From the NCBI GenBank assembly GCA_047495785.1, contig JBLDXI010000017.1, positions 2,046,001 to 2,110,000 of the forward strand: 64,000 bases of DNA. Direction: 5' to 3'. Positions within the stretch are counted from its first letter, which is position 1; each line of letters opens with the position of its first letter. A model generated the notes under the pieces. That model did no database searches and had not been told where the DNA came from. It saw only the letters and a list, made by a program, of their open reading frames with translations. Both the position numbers and the translations under genes were made by a program. The stretch comes from Lepidodermella squamata. Lineage: Eukaryota > Animalia > Gastrotricha. Of the stretch, positions 22,871 to 35,924 are shown piece after piece.

Positions 22871-25353
22871 CGATGGGACTCGCGGCCGGAAATAAAGCTC
22901 ATTCTTAGAATTCCGCAATTTTGATCAATCACTTGTTTTTACAGGAAAATATAATAATAAAACGATATATTGTGATGTACGTATTTTACCTATTTTAGCC
23001 TCTAAATTTGCCCGGAAGAAGCGTGGATATATTTGAGAAGAATTCATAACGAAATAAAAGTGTCCGGTTTGCGGGAACAATTGAAAAATGAAGTTTGCTT
23101 TAGATTTGACACCATGCTGGCCGGAGCAAAAGAGTTGATGGTTTGCGGGTCCTCCAGGGATTGCGGACGCTTGCCGATAAAACTGCGTAGACATAACAAC
23201 AGCGAAAAATGCAATAAAAACCGCGCCCTCAGCTGCTACTGAATAACGTTAATATTGATGCGATGTTTTTTACGAAATCATCAAATAATGTTCGCAGTTC
23301 ATCATCCATCACCGTTCGTATATTAAATGGCTGAACGTGAAAAAAACGAAGAAACGCCGTTAAATGGAGTTATTATCACGTTGAAAGCTGGAATGTTCTA
23401 TTTTAGACTGTTCGCATTTTTGAGAACGCATCAATTTTAGATGAAATTCGAAGTAATTATGCGAAATGCATTGTGGGTATACGGTGTTGTTTGAACCCAG
23501 ACACTAGCAGAAAAAACAGAGAGTTAAGCACAGACATAGTAGGCGAGCTGAAATCAGTCTAAGCGGTTTAAATCAGCAACATAACAAGAACGGGAATCTC
23601 AGGTGTTTTATAACAAAAAAGAAAACATTGATGGATTATCTGAATAAAAATAATAACGCGCTCATTGTATGGCTTGTTGTGCACTCGATGTTGAGAAAAC
23701 GGGTAAATTTACCTAAGGCAAGTCAATACTATATGTATAAGCGACAATTTGCCTTGCCCTAGGCCAGTCTTATACCCGAAGCAGATGAGACATCACAGGT
23801 TAGGTATAGAGCCTGTGCTCGCGTACGAAAATCTATCAATCGTATCTCAGGAATTTGTTCGCTCTTATAAAATAATAATTAAGAACGACGTTGTTTTTGT
23901 ATACACAATTTATATCGATGTGAAATAACTATATTAGATGGGAAAAAAAACAGAAAAGCACTTAGGCAACCAGCGATAGACGATTCGATTCGGTAAATAA
24001 ATCATCGCACTTACCACTTACCGCTGTAAGAAAAATATAAATGATGGAGTGCAGCACGACACGATGAAAACTGAATCTCTGACGTACGCTGCAGGGATTC
24101 CAATATGTTTCGAAAGGCTTTGCACCAAGTGGACACCCTAAATTTATAGTAAGCTGAAATTGAGGCTGCATGATTTTTCCGAAATATGGTTTTCGAGTTT
24201 CACGTGCTGCTTTGGATCTCAATTGTTATTACCAAGAGTAGTCGATATATCTTACAATTTTCGTATTTTCCGCTATTATAGAGCCGATTTACAGTATAAG
24301 CAGCCTGGGAAGCCTTGTCATTTACCTGAAGGTGAGGGTACCAGCTAGCTAATGCGGCAAATGCCATGCTAAATTTTGCGCGTGGTTATCAATAAAGAAA
24401 AGTCGAAACCGCAAAAGAAAGATGTTTCGATTCAGTTTTCAAATTAGAACGCCTAATTGTGCTATTGCAGACATTCAAAAACTAACGAAGTTCTGAACTA
24501 GTTTTTGCCTATATATCATACATCGGTTCATATCGGTCAAAACTCAATTATTCGGCAAGCAAATTTCATAGAATTGTGATAGCAAATCATGATATATTAT
24601 AGCTCAAAAATAATGTTATCTAGCGTAATATCATTGATATTTATTTATTATTTATTTATTGAGCGGGTCAAAATCCAATAAGGAAGCTCGAGCGAAGGTT
24701 AAAAAGGAAAAATGGGCATTTCAGAATTATTGTCCGTTCTGAATCTCGTCAGTATTTCAAGTTCCATTTCTATGTCCGGTGATAAAAAGAAACATAAAAG
24801 AAGAGATTCGCGCGCGTCGTTGGCTGTTGATACATATTAGCATCGCATTTAATTATATAAATTACTGGAATTATTAGGGTTTCAGCTAAAAATGACATGC
24901 CGATAGATACAATGACCCAATTAGCAATCGGGCACGAAAAGAGCCCATAAACCCTGCTTGTTCAAAGCAGTAATAAGCCTATTGCCAATCAGATGCGTAA
25001 GTTTCCTCTACCTTAGAGAAGCGCACGCGGCGCGGGCTCGCAGTCCGACTCGCCGTTTTTTTGCGACTTTTCGCAATGTTTTATTGAGCTGTGCTTTGAC
25101 TATGTACTATTGCTCAAGTCTTCTCGACTTCGAGTAACGGCTGTAATGACTGTAACGACGAGATAACAGAGATCGACGCGTAGTTTTCAACGAATATGAG
25201 CTGATGATCATGTATATCAGTGGTGCGCAAACTCGTTTTTTTGACCGCATGCACAGCTCACATGTCTAGTTTATCACTCGTTAATATGAGCACTCTTCGC
25301 GCTTATTCGAAAAGTCATAGCAGCATCGACAACTTATCCAGACAGAAATCACC

Positions 25354-25821
25354 TGGAAACAGGTCGGGTTGACCGGCCGGTAAGTTGACCGGTTGCCGGT
25401 TTTGGGTCAGGTCGCCGGTTGGGCATGGGTCGACTTGTTTCCAGCCAGTTGACCGGTAAACTGGGCTGTTCCGCATGAAAGCAAAACATATAGCGAATTG
25501 AACGCGGCTGTGATGAGACTGCCGCGAAAAATGCTGAGTGGCACGCGTAGAAAGGAAGCTTTTATCAACAATCAGTGGCCTGCGCTAATCGATTATTGGA
25601 TTTTTGGTGATTCATAGTGGTTGAAAGACATTTTGAATTATAATAAAGAGAGCCATTGCAGGATTCATGCTGCTTCTGTGTGGGAAACGTGCTCTTGAAA
25701 CCGGTAAACCGGTAAAATACCGTTAAACTGGCGTCGGTTCACCGGCTTTCCACCGGCTTAGGTTGCCGGTGGGTGACATGGGTGCCGGTTGGGTCAGGGT
25801 CCCGACCTGTTTCCACCTCTG
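25354..25821. mobile_element. MITE-like element with terminal inverted repeats and internal ACCGG/CCGGT repeats
   Basis: TGGAAACAGGTCGGG (25354-25368) pairs with CCCGACCTGTTTCCA (25801-25815). Many gaccgg/gccggtt units lie inside. Confidence 0.6.
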
Positions 25822-28681
25822 CTGTCTTCATCATGTAAGAAGAATGAAACGAGACGAGCGAAGCGAGCAAACATTATCGTTATTTTGCACTAAAAAAATC
25901 GGCTAAAATAGTCTAAAAATGGTTTTGCTCTGATTTTTCAGGCGACTAAAAATGCCGCAAGCAGTGTGCGACTCCGATGTCTCGAAATGCGCCAACAATG
26001 CGCATGCAGCATGAGACGTACCAGGACGCGGCGCCTCGATTTAGATGCCTGATTTTTGTGTTATTTTTTAATAAGGTCCAAAGGTCGTTGTGGCTAAAAA
26101 TAACCTCATTAGCAGCGGTCGTTATTTTTCTTCTACAACCAGCAAAAAATCTCATTCATGAAAATCACGTATTTACGCAAAGATCAGTTTTTTGCAGTGG
26201 CCTGAAGATCTAGATCTTAAAGAAAACGGCGGGGTCGGGAAAAGATTGGTTATTTTGTAGCATTCGTTTCAAAAATATTGTATTAGTAGGTATGCTCATG
26301 CAATATTTTTGATACAGCACTCGTAAATCGTCTATATCTGAACTCGCCGTACTCGATTTACTCATCTCCACTCGTCTGCGACTCGTTCCGATTCGTAAAT
26401 CTCGGCCGGCTCCGTTCAGATATAGACTCTTTACTCGTACTATATCAGACAATTATAATTTTTATTTTCGATGGCAAATTAATTTTATATTCAATAAAAA
26501 ATTTGCCATCGAAAGTAATTATTATGCACACTTATGCTAAACACGTCACGTGATTTTTTACGCAAACCCGGATAACGGGAGCTTCGAAGCCGCTGCGTCC
26601 TGGTACGTCTCATGGCATGCAGGTGCGCCACTTTGTAAACCGCTGTAAGACGCTGTTTGTGTGAGACAAGGTCGCTTTCAACCTGGTTCAAAACCATAGC
26701 CTGGCCTCTCCCGTGAAATCAGCTTTTACCTGGCTAGGTAGGTAGGTTAGAATTTCTAAATCGTCGCTCGACCTAGGAAATAGCGCCAAGTTCTGCCTAG
26801 ACCTCCTAAGATTTCAGATCTTGAATAATCTTTGCAGAACTTGGAAGAATTTTCTTTTTGATTGCTCCATGACCTGCTGATCTTTGACGAAATCGAATAT
26901 TAGTGCAGCCATTGAGTTCATTCGTTTGAAAACGATAGTATTTTTACGACAGGGCGCAATCATATTTTATCTCAATTTTTACCGCGCCGCCTTGCGGTTC
27001 TCGCCGCCGGAATTCACAAAATCGCAAGGTTGGATTTTTGCTTAGGGCTATTTCGCACCATATGAAACTCCAAAACCGTGATAGCTAGCGAGTCGTGCTT
27101 AGTCTCCTTCGATTCATCGTAATCGTCTACACAAGCAATAGCGGAAGGTGGCCAACAATTTAAGGAAGAATGCCAAAATATGAGAGCGTCACCGCACTAA
27201 AAATCGGTCCAGTAATCAGTTTTACTGCGCAACTCATAGCGCGAAAACTATGATATGACTAGAACTAGAAGGACGAGCTTGGTCTTAAAATGACCAGCGG
27301 ACTAAGCTCTAATGAACCTTGGTCAAAATAACGCGCCGAAATTGCGCAGTAAAACCTGCAAAAATGACAGCATTGCAAGAGAGGTAGCAAGGGAAAGATA
27401 GAATAAAACAGAGATCATAACGAGAAAAAGTAATGCATTGTTTCACATGAAAAAAGTCGCTGAGTCATCAATTATCAATTCAATTTTAAAGGATTTCGCA
27501 GATAAACCATCTCATATTGCGCACATGATCGGAAAAATTGCCCTGCGCTAAATACACAGATTTATTTCTTTTTTTAGAAATGATTAATAACCCCTGCGCT
27601 ACTTGAGAAAGCCAGCTTTGCTGCCGCTAACATAATATGCATCTCGTATCTTTGAGCTATAAAAACTATATAAATCAGCGAAAATTCGAATATAAACTTC
27701 TCTCCTGTCCGAAAAGACAAGGCGCCTTGTGTTTTTTTTCAAGTGGAGTAAGGCACATCACCTCACCGCAACGCCTGATTATCAAAAAATTAGCAGAAAA
27801 TGTGCGGTAGGCGCGTAGTAGTAGTATTTCGTATTTCTACCCACGCTAATTAAAGGTCGATCCTATTTGAAATTTCAACAAAGCAGACATGACAATTTCA
27901 TTCTCGTAAATTAAACCCCGAACATTTTTGAATACTAATACGTTAGCGTGGTTGCGTGCGCTTCCAAAAATAAAACACAAAATGATAATCGAGGCGTTAT
28001 CGCGAGATATCTATATTTGAGATAAACGAAGCATGGAGCGATAACTGGTTAGAACATGCAGATATATTTGCATGTACATAGTGGTAAATGGTCATTTTTT
28101 ACAATGTTTTTGCGACAACATTCCATCGGGTGAAAACGCGGGACATTCCGCTGAGTATTTCGCGTACGCTGTGAAAATCTCGAGGGTTGGAAGGTAATTG
28201 GCAACGCTTGTTCGCTTCTGAAATATTCATGAGCTGTGCTCAACCTTTTGCAAATCGGTAATACCTATTTAAACGGGTGACACGTGCGAATTCAGATTTT
28301 ATTTCTGATACGGCCAGGCAATGTCCGGGACATCCCTTTCAATTTCGGCAGCAGAGTGTAATAAAATCTTTCCCTTGAGAGCTGCGGCTTACAACGCACC
28401 TTTTTTATGGCTTTTTTATCGAAGAATTCTAGCACGAGCGAGTAATTATTGATGAATGATTTTGAGATCGGGAGTCTGATATCGAACGTTTTTTTGATGA
28501 ACTGTCACTCATAATATTGTGATACAAGGGTATCATTCTTTTACAGAGTAATTTTTAGCGTGCTGCCTTTTTTTTGCTGTCTCAATGCGCCTTCCAGCCG
28601 AAAATTCGATTAATAAAAGGTTTCGATTTCGGCATAGGCTCGTATTTATAAATCGGAGTTCTAATTGCTGGCCACAAAAAT

Positions 28682-28972
28682 ATGGAATACCTCGAAATGT
28701 TGACTGATAAGCTAGTACGAGCCCATGCTTACTTGTTTGAGCATGTTGACCCCATGGTGATTATATTTGTCTGCGGAATCTCTGCCGGTTATTTGCTTCA
28801 CATCGCAAAAAAACGCATGGTTGCTCAAGACGATATATTAAATCAGCCAGCTAAAACGGTAACACTACAAAACATCTCTATATTATCGATTGAAAAACTG
28901 CTTCTAAAATATGCACAGACTGGTGGTGTTCTCACGAAAGGTAAATCGGCGAGCGGCAAGAAGAGCAAATAA
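28682..28972 (+). CDS. possible 96-aa single-pass membrane microprotein, unknown family
   Basis: ATG in an A-rich context. One hydrophobic segment (MVIIFVCGISAGYLLHIA) followed by KKR, and a basic C-terminus. AATAAA overlaps the stop. No recognisable homology. Confidence 0.35.
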   Translation: MEYLEMLTDKLVRAHAYLFEHVDPMVIIFVCGISAGYLLHIAKKRMVAQDDILNQPAKTVTLQNISILSIEKLLLKYAQTGGVLTKGKSASGKKSK

Positions 28973-30123
28973 AATAATACATCGAATTATTCCGGAATAT
29001 TTCTGTCTCGACTTGTCGCTATTATAAATGCGTAGATGTGGTGCATATTTTTCTGCTGGAAATCAAAAGCTTTTCATTAAATCAAACTGGTTGATGACAT
29101 TCTTACATTTCAAGGTTAAATCTTGCATTGCCAAGTTGATTTCTAGCCAAAAGGACAATTATGACGGAGGACGGCGGAGTGCTTATTAATTTTATCTGAT
29201 TTGAAGGCTCTTTATCTTATTAAATGAGCAGTCATCGCTGAGTTGCCGAACTGCTACGATTTCACATAGCTTGAAAAAATATTGTTCGTTATCCGGATTT
29301 ATGTGACGATTTTTCACGCCATTTAACAGTATAATATATCATGTATATCGCGGCCTTTGGCTGCGACTCGGTCGTTCATTTTGCTAGCCTACAGGACGAT
29401 AACCACCTCGCGGATATGATATACATTAACGATGACGCATGAAGGCTTAAATAATTTTGGACTCAATCCCTGTGGATATACACTCAATATATTAGCCAAA
29501 GCAAATCACATGACAGAAGTTTTTAAACCAGCGCAACAAAAAACACGCGTGATCGACTTAGCTTATATCGCGTTGCCGTGGCACATTTTCCAATGATATT
29601 TTTGCCGGCTTTTTTTCGCGCTGCCACCAGCCGCAGAAAAACGCATCGGCATTAGGATAATGATGATGGCTGCTATAATAGATGCCAGACGCAAGTCTTA
29701 TACTGCTATTACAGTGATTTTACGGTGCACGGAGTCGCTTTTATATTTATTTTAATAAGTAAAAAAAAAATCACTATTTTCTTTAACAACACAACATTCA
29801 TCATCCTGCTGGCGCTAAATGTTTGAGCTAGTCGCGTGCTGTTCCCTTGATTTAGCCAGTTCTACTTGGTGTAATACTCAATTAAATTCATCCTAAAACC
29901 CATCTTATTGCTTTAATTAAGTCCGAAATTATCGTTAGCTAAGCGCATATCCATTATTGAGCGGAGGTAAATTACCAGCCCGCTAATTGAAATTAGCCTG
30001 AAAAACACTAGTCACGTATATATACTTTATTTTTGTACTTTCATTTGCCCGCCGCAGTTTCATGTTTAAACGCTAATTCTGTGAAAATTTGCTTGCATTT
30101 TTTTTACGTAGAATTTAACAGCA

Positions 30124-32884
30124 ATGAACGAGACGACATTGTTTAGCTTGAAATTCGAAAACAATCACTACTCGTTTAAAAATAGTGGAGATGTCGCCAT
30201 GTCGAATTACCTGGACGAGGCAGATGCCATTCTGACGAATAACAGCTCGAATGAGTACAAAATCGTAATATCAAGCCTTGCAATATTCACGATGACCATC
30301 GCGCTGCTCGCAAATGTAACTCTGCTGGCTGTGATTCTAGGCCCTTCGAAACGAAGAGCCCTGCTCAAACTGAACAGGTCCAACGATGTGTCGATAACGA
30401 TTTTTGTCGGTGTTTTAGCTGTCGATGATATATTGGTGAGTTGAACAATTTTAATCACACTTTTACAAGAGTTTAAATTCATGCAGATGGCTGGTGTTAA
30501 TGGCGTTATGCTTGTTCTGACTGCTGTTCACGACAGCGAATGGTTCATCGGCGAATCAATTTGCCGTATCAAAGACCCGATCGTAAATGCTGTCGTTGGC
30601 GTTTCATGTTGGTTGACGATGATAATCGCTTGGGAACGGCACCGTCGATTAACCCAAAGTACTGGAATGCCGAATATCAGTGCAAGGAAGGAAGCCGTAG
30701 TCGCGGCTTGCCATACTGGAGTCATTGTGGCGGCACTCCTAGCGTTACATTCACTCTTCTCGATTCCTGCGATTTTGAACAGCCGACTTATTTCTTCTAC
30801 ATTTCACATTCCTGTTTACAACAATGGCAATCTAATAGAAATGAGAGGTAAATGGTTGTAAAATTCGAGCTGTGCCAAGTGCGCACCCTAATTTCAGGGT
30901 TCCAGCACTAAATTTGGGACTAGATTTTCCCAAATTATGGGATTTCACGTCTTTACTAGAATCTCAAAATTATTATTATGTCTAACTGATAGAACTCGAT
31001 ATTACACGCGTTTTGAGCTATTGTGAGCGGGTTATAGATAATATAGGGTCTTAGACAAGCGTCGCGCAAAATAATTCGAAAATAGCGCAAATAAAATCAA
31101 AACGTCGCGCAAAACTAAAAGGTGTGCGCAAAGTAAACAAAGCGCGACACGCGACACTTGAAATTACGTTGTACGGCGTTTCGATTCAATTTGCGCGACG
31201 TTTTGGGTTTCTCTCGATAATTAGCGAGTTATACTTGTACCCGCAATCGATTCCAAATATCGATTTTACAAACCAATGATTTTTCCGATACGCTCTCTGT
31301 CTCGAAATCGAACTTCGATCATTTTTTTGGATATTAGTGAATTCATTACCAAACATTTTCGAATTCTGTACCAAATTTTTCCAATCAGTTCCAAGTCCCC
31401 AAGTTTAAGACCCAGCCTCTAACCCTAATCTAACCCTAACCTAACCCTAACCAGTTAAATAACCGAACAAAATTTTTTGATATTGAATTAAATGAAATTT
31501 GGTACTGCAAGATTATAAGGTTCTCGCACAAACTGGTTTCTATTTTTTTCCTTACGCATACGAGGAAAAACATACGCACACAGCGAATCGCTTACACCCA
31601 CCAGCTCACAAACTGATTTCATTTTTCCTCGTATGTAAAATTGTTTTTTTGCTCCGTCAAGTCGTCGAAAAAAGGCGATGGCGGCACGTTGAGACGAACC
31701 CTTGACGCTCTCTCAAACATCGATAATTATATCGACGTGGCTAAGCCGTCAAGCTGAATGTGTGACCTATAAATTAAGCTTTAAGGCAAAACATGCCCTG
31801 ATGCTTGTCAGCAATTAGGTCAAATATTAATGGCTCATGCCCGCATCTGACCCACGAATGGCTATAGCAGCCAATTATCGGCCTCTTTAGAGTAATAAAT
31901 AAATGTGATGGCAACATTGTCTAGTTGCTATTTATACTGGCCTGTTCAACAGGCGGACGGGGTTCGAGCCCCGTCAAAGTTGGCCATTTTTTTCAGTGGC
32001 CTCTTTGATCAGAAATTACATACGAGGAAAAAAGAATCAGTTTGTGAGCTGGTGGATGTATGCGATTTCTTTCTGCAAACACATACTTATTGCTTATTAC
32101 CAAAAAAAATTACATGACGAATATGTGCGCATTCCTATATAGGACATCATGTTAGCTAAAAGAAAAAAATCCCACGGTCAGGGTCTTTTACGTAGTGCTG
32201 GAACTTCATTTTTATTGGTTTACACCCATTGTAAAATCGAGAATTCCCATGTTTTAAGGTGGAATTTTTCAAGCTGGAATTAAATGTTCCACAATTTTAG
32301 TGAAAACGTTCATTTATTTTATAGAATCGGTTGTGGCTTCCTATTGCGTCCAAGAATGGCAATCTCCTGTCTTGTTTGTGGTCTATGAGGCCAGCAGTTT
32401 TACGTTATCATTCTTCCTACCGCTCGCCGTTACGATCGGTATTCACATTCGCGTCATTCGTTACCTGACTAAACGCGTTAAAATGGCACAAAGCCGTAAA
32501 TACATGCGAAAAACTACGCACATCCTAGTGGCAGTACTGCTGACCTTCGCCGTGTGTTGGTCGCCCTATAAACTGCTTGTGCTATTTGTCAACATCAAAA
32601 CCAGCGGCCTGCTGGACTCGACAACTGTTCCGGACTTGCTAGCCGAGCCGGCGCTGATACACGTGCTCAAATTATTGACCATCGCACAGGCTTGCTTGAA
32701 CCCGATTTTATACGGCTGGTTCGTAACGAAGCGACGAACTGCTAGTCATCAAATGTCGGGCGTCTATCAAATGAACAGCGAAGAAGCAAAAAATAACACT
32801 AATACGTCATTGCATAAAATCGAAATAGCCTGCAATAACCATCTAAAAAAATCGGATTTGATTGCCGCGGAAATATATTCGTAG
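30124..32884 (+). CDS. divergent class A GPCR, paralog of the nested GPCR; exons 30124-30435, 30487-30847, 32325-32884
   Basis: [49 protein letters not shown]. Shares VNIKTSGL and LIH.LKLLT.AQAC.NP with the 18.8-20.3 kb gene. GT-AG junctions are in frame. Confidence 0.9.
31418..31452. repeat. short interstitial telomere-like (CCCTAA/CCTAA) run
   Basis: ctaaccctaatctaaccctaacctaaccctaacc. Confidence 0.6.
31580..32070. mobile_element. MITE-like element with ~55-bp imperfect terminal inverted repeats
   Basis: CCACCAGCTCACAAACTGATT..TTCCTCGTATGTAA (~31597-31639) versus TTACATACGAGGAA..AATCAGTTTGTGAGCTGGTGG (~32016-32056). Confidence 0.6.
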
Positions 32885-33058
32885 TTTTTTTAGACTGATT
32901 CTATAAGAATTTTAACTCTGATGATTATGATCACGAAAAAACGCCATTATGCTTCCATTGCGTTACATTTTCATATGTATAAATTGCAAAACACGTTTCC
33001 CAGCTTTTTTTCTTTGTTGATATTCGGCGTCGAAGAAGCAGCAAATAAATCGCCGAAA

Positions 33059-34840
33059 ATGTATTCGCTTATGAGTAGTGTTGGTTTTCTATTTCAAGTC
33101 ATTAAATTAGTCACTTCTGCCAGCTTATTTCCGAACGAACAAAGAGATAGGGCCTTATCTGTGCTACATTCAAGTGAGCAAACTGTCAACTTGTGGCCGA
33201 AAGGCGTGATTCCTTACTTGATCGACAGCGATGATTTCGACAGCGCCCAACGGGCGAAAATCGAAACAGCCCTGAGAGACATAAGTTACTGGACTTGTTT
33301 GCAGTTCCCGCCTTACGATGCTTCAAAACACGGCCGTAATTACATGGCCTTTGAAGGGCATATGGACAAGTGTACTTCGATTGTTGGTTATCATGGTATA
33401 GGACGTCATACCGTGAGCCTAGCTGATGAATGCTTTGTAGGACGGCAATACTTGCATGAAACTTGGCACATTCTTGGCATTGATCATGAGCATCAAAGGT
33501 TTGTTGAATTGGTTCTACAACATTTGCGCCAACTGAGCTGAGCCAAGCGAAAACTCAGCCAGACATTTGCGCCAACGGCAACTGAGGCAAATTATAATCA
33601 TTACAATATAATGGATAGTTAGGGTGGAACCAGCGAATCCAAAATTTTCTGATTGGTCGCCACCTGATTGGCTGGCTCAAAAACCCCGCGCATTTAATTT
33701 TATTCCCGGCCACACTTTCCAAACGTCGTAAAAATCGAATCAACCAATCAACAAAATTGAATCCACTGGTTTCACTAAGCATGCGAGCTGAGCATAGTCA
33801 AGTATTTTCTCTAATTAATATTAAATGTAAAATTAGCGCAGTTGTCGTTGGCGCAAATGTCGTGGCGCAAGTGTCGCAGAGCGGTTTAATCCTAAAGCTT
33901 ATTTTACAAAAATCAAATAATTTTTAGAGGCGATCGAGACCGATACGTTGCCGTTAATTTTGCGAATATTATCCGCGATAAAATTTCGGATTTCGAAATA
34001 ACCGGTGTTGCTAATGACAGCCGAATGCTCGTTGTTGCTTACGACTACTCTTCAATAATGCACTACCGAGACAACGCGTTCGCTAATTCCCCAGATGTCA
34101 AGACAATAACTCCAATTATCGCCTCGCCGGCCTCTGCGAGAATGGGTCTGAGTGATCTACCGAGGTTATCTGACTATCAAAAGATAGCACGGATGTATTG
34201 CAACGGAACTTTAAACAGCCAGGTTGCTAACAAAGTTCCGCCTGAAAGTTGGTTCCAAGCAACGCCTGATGAGATAAACTACTGGAACGATAAATCTATA
34301 CCATATACGATCGATACTTCAACGATTTCTCCAAGAAATGCATCGAACATCACCTCATTATTTCGATCGATTGAGTCGAAAACGTGCGTGAGATTTGTGC
34401 CAAGAACGAATCAAATCAATTACATCAGATTTGTCAGCACTCAAGAGTCGCGGTGTCAGTCATCGCTCGGCCGAATCGGTGGTCGGCAATCGATTTGGCT
34501 TAACAGCGGTTGTTTTTCTGTCCCATTGATGGCTCAGCAAATTTTTGTAGCGCTTGGCTTTCGATTCGAACATCAACGGCCTGATCGCGACAATTACGTC
34601 ACAGTTCACATGGAAAATGTTGTTGAAGGATCTAGGGTGATTTTCGGTAAGCGACCACGGCTCGATCCCCGTCTTCTAGCCATTGAATACGACGTCGAAT
34701 CAGTGATGCATTTGTTCGGAGACGAGTTTACGATAAGCCAAGGCCTTCATACGATCGAGGCGAAAAACGGGGCGAAAATCGGCAATGTAAAAGGCCCGAC
34801 TGAGAAGGACTATCGCAAAATCAATACGATTTATTGCTGA
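33059..34840 (+). CDS. secreted astacin (M12A) metalloprotease with two tandem protease domains, the second inactive; exons 33059-33498, 33928-34840
   Basis: Signal-peptide-like N-terminus, then WPKGVIPY. HETWHILGIDHEHQR|GDRD spans a phase-2 intron. Met-turn YDYSSIMHY. Second domain: WNDKSIPY..KTCVRF..CQSSLGRIGG..AQQIFVALGFRFEHQRPDRD..YDVESVMHL. Confidence 0.92.
33519..33860. repeat. inverted/direct ACATTTGCGCCAAC repeats (MITE-like) in the astacin intron
   Basis: ACATTTGCGCCAAC near 33520 and 33563; reverse complement GTTGGCGCAAATGT at 33847-33860. Confidence 0.5.
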
Positions 34841-35503
34841 GCTGTGGTCACCCTCTGAATAATTTTCTTTTTTTCACTGCGACATTTTTGTACGATGCAT
34901 AGAGATCAGATTAAACGCTCATGCAGAAACATTTCTCCAGCAATTCTCAAAAAAATTTAAGGTGAAAATCGATTTTTTATTACTGGCCCATTTCAGGATT
35001 CTGCACATTTTCAGGAAAGAGAGAGTGGAAGAATAGGGAAGATAGTGATAGGAAGATTTTGCAATCCATCTTGTTTCAAGGCATAGAAAACGGAGTGATC
35101 CCTATGAATGACCGGTGATAGGACGATGCGATAATGTTTGGAGTCGGTGCAGCTACGGCCGCGCAATTAGCATCATTTGAATGAACCATCGCGGGCCCTT
35201 CGCTCCTTGAGCTGGTCGGATTAGGCGGATTGGAATCGGGATGCCGCCGGTAACAGAGCTCAGCAGCTGTTCGATGACTGTTGCGCTGTCTGTACGCCTT
35301 GCCAACAGCAGGGAATGTAGTAGTCAGTCTTGATCAATATCGAATTCAATGTCAAAAATTTAAGATAAAGCATACTGCTTTCTGTCGGTCACGTCTTTGT
35401 TAACCTTATTGGCTCGCCACAATGCTCGTGTCCAGTTAGAACCATTTCTCTAAACTGGGTAAGGAAAACGGGTCCAAATATATTTCTACCACTAAAAATG
35501 AGG

Positions 35504-35924
35504 TCCCAGCACTAAATTTGAGCGCCATGGCGCTAAATGTTTCAGATTCTTCGCGATTTCGGCGCTTTCGGTTTTTGATCGATACTGATGCCTTCCCTGA
35601 TCCTAGGATTTTATTCTAGCTACATGGTGCCTAAGCTACGTAGAAAAATTATCGATGTTGGGTTCCAAGATGGCTGATATTGGGAAAATCACTGATTTGT
35701 AAAATCGATACTTGGAATCGATATCGGATGAAGTATAATTCGTCAACTGACCGCTCATAGGGCGAAATGCGCGTAATATGAAGGTTCATCGATTGGGCAT
35801 GATAACAAAAAATATGAGATTCTAGTGAAGACTAGAAATTCGAAAAACCATATTCAGGGGAGATCCAGTGCTGGGGTCTCAAATTTAGTGCTGGAACCCT
35901 GAATTTAGGGTGCGCACTTGGCAC
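35504..35924. mobile_element. MITE family copy B
   Basis: CCAGCACTAAATTTGAG near 35506 pairs with CTCAAATTTAGTGCTGG near 35878. Homologous to copy A at 30871. Confidence 0.6.

Larger units (their letters stand above)
30871..32204. mobile_element. MITE family copy A with nested insertions, in GPCR intron 2
   Basis: GTTCCAGCACTA (30899-30910) pairs with TAGTGCTGGAAC (32193-32204). About 30871-31300 aligns in reverse with ~35680-35924, except for a ~185-bp GTCGCGCAAA-rich insert. Confidence 0.6.

Noticed and set aside
31418-31452. True telomere or chromosome fusion site
   Set aside because: Only ~35 bp of mixed units, embedded in a MITE stack inside an intron.
31966-31985. tRNA gene (GACGGGGTTCGAGCCCCGTC T-arm hairpin); similar D-arm-like text near 42940
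   Set aside because: No acceptor stem or full cloverleaf; at most SINE debris. tRNAscan-SE would settle it.
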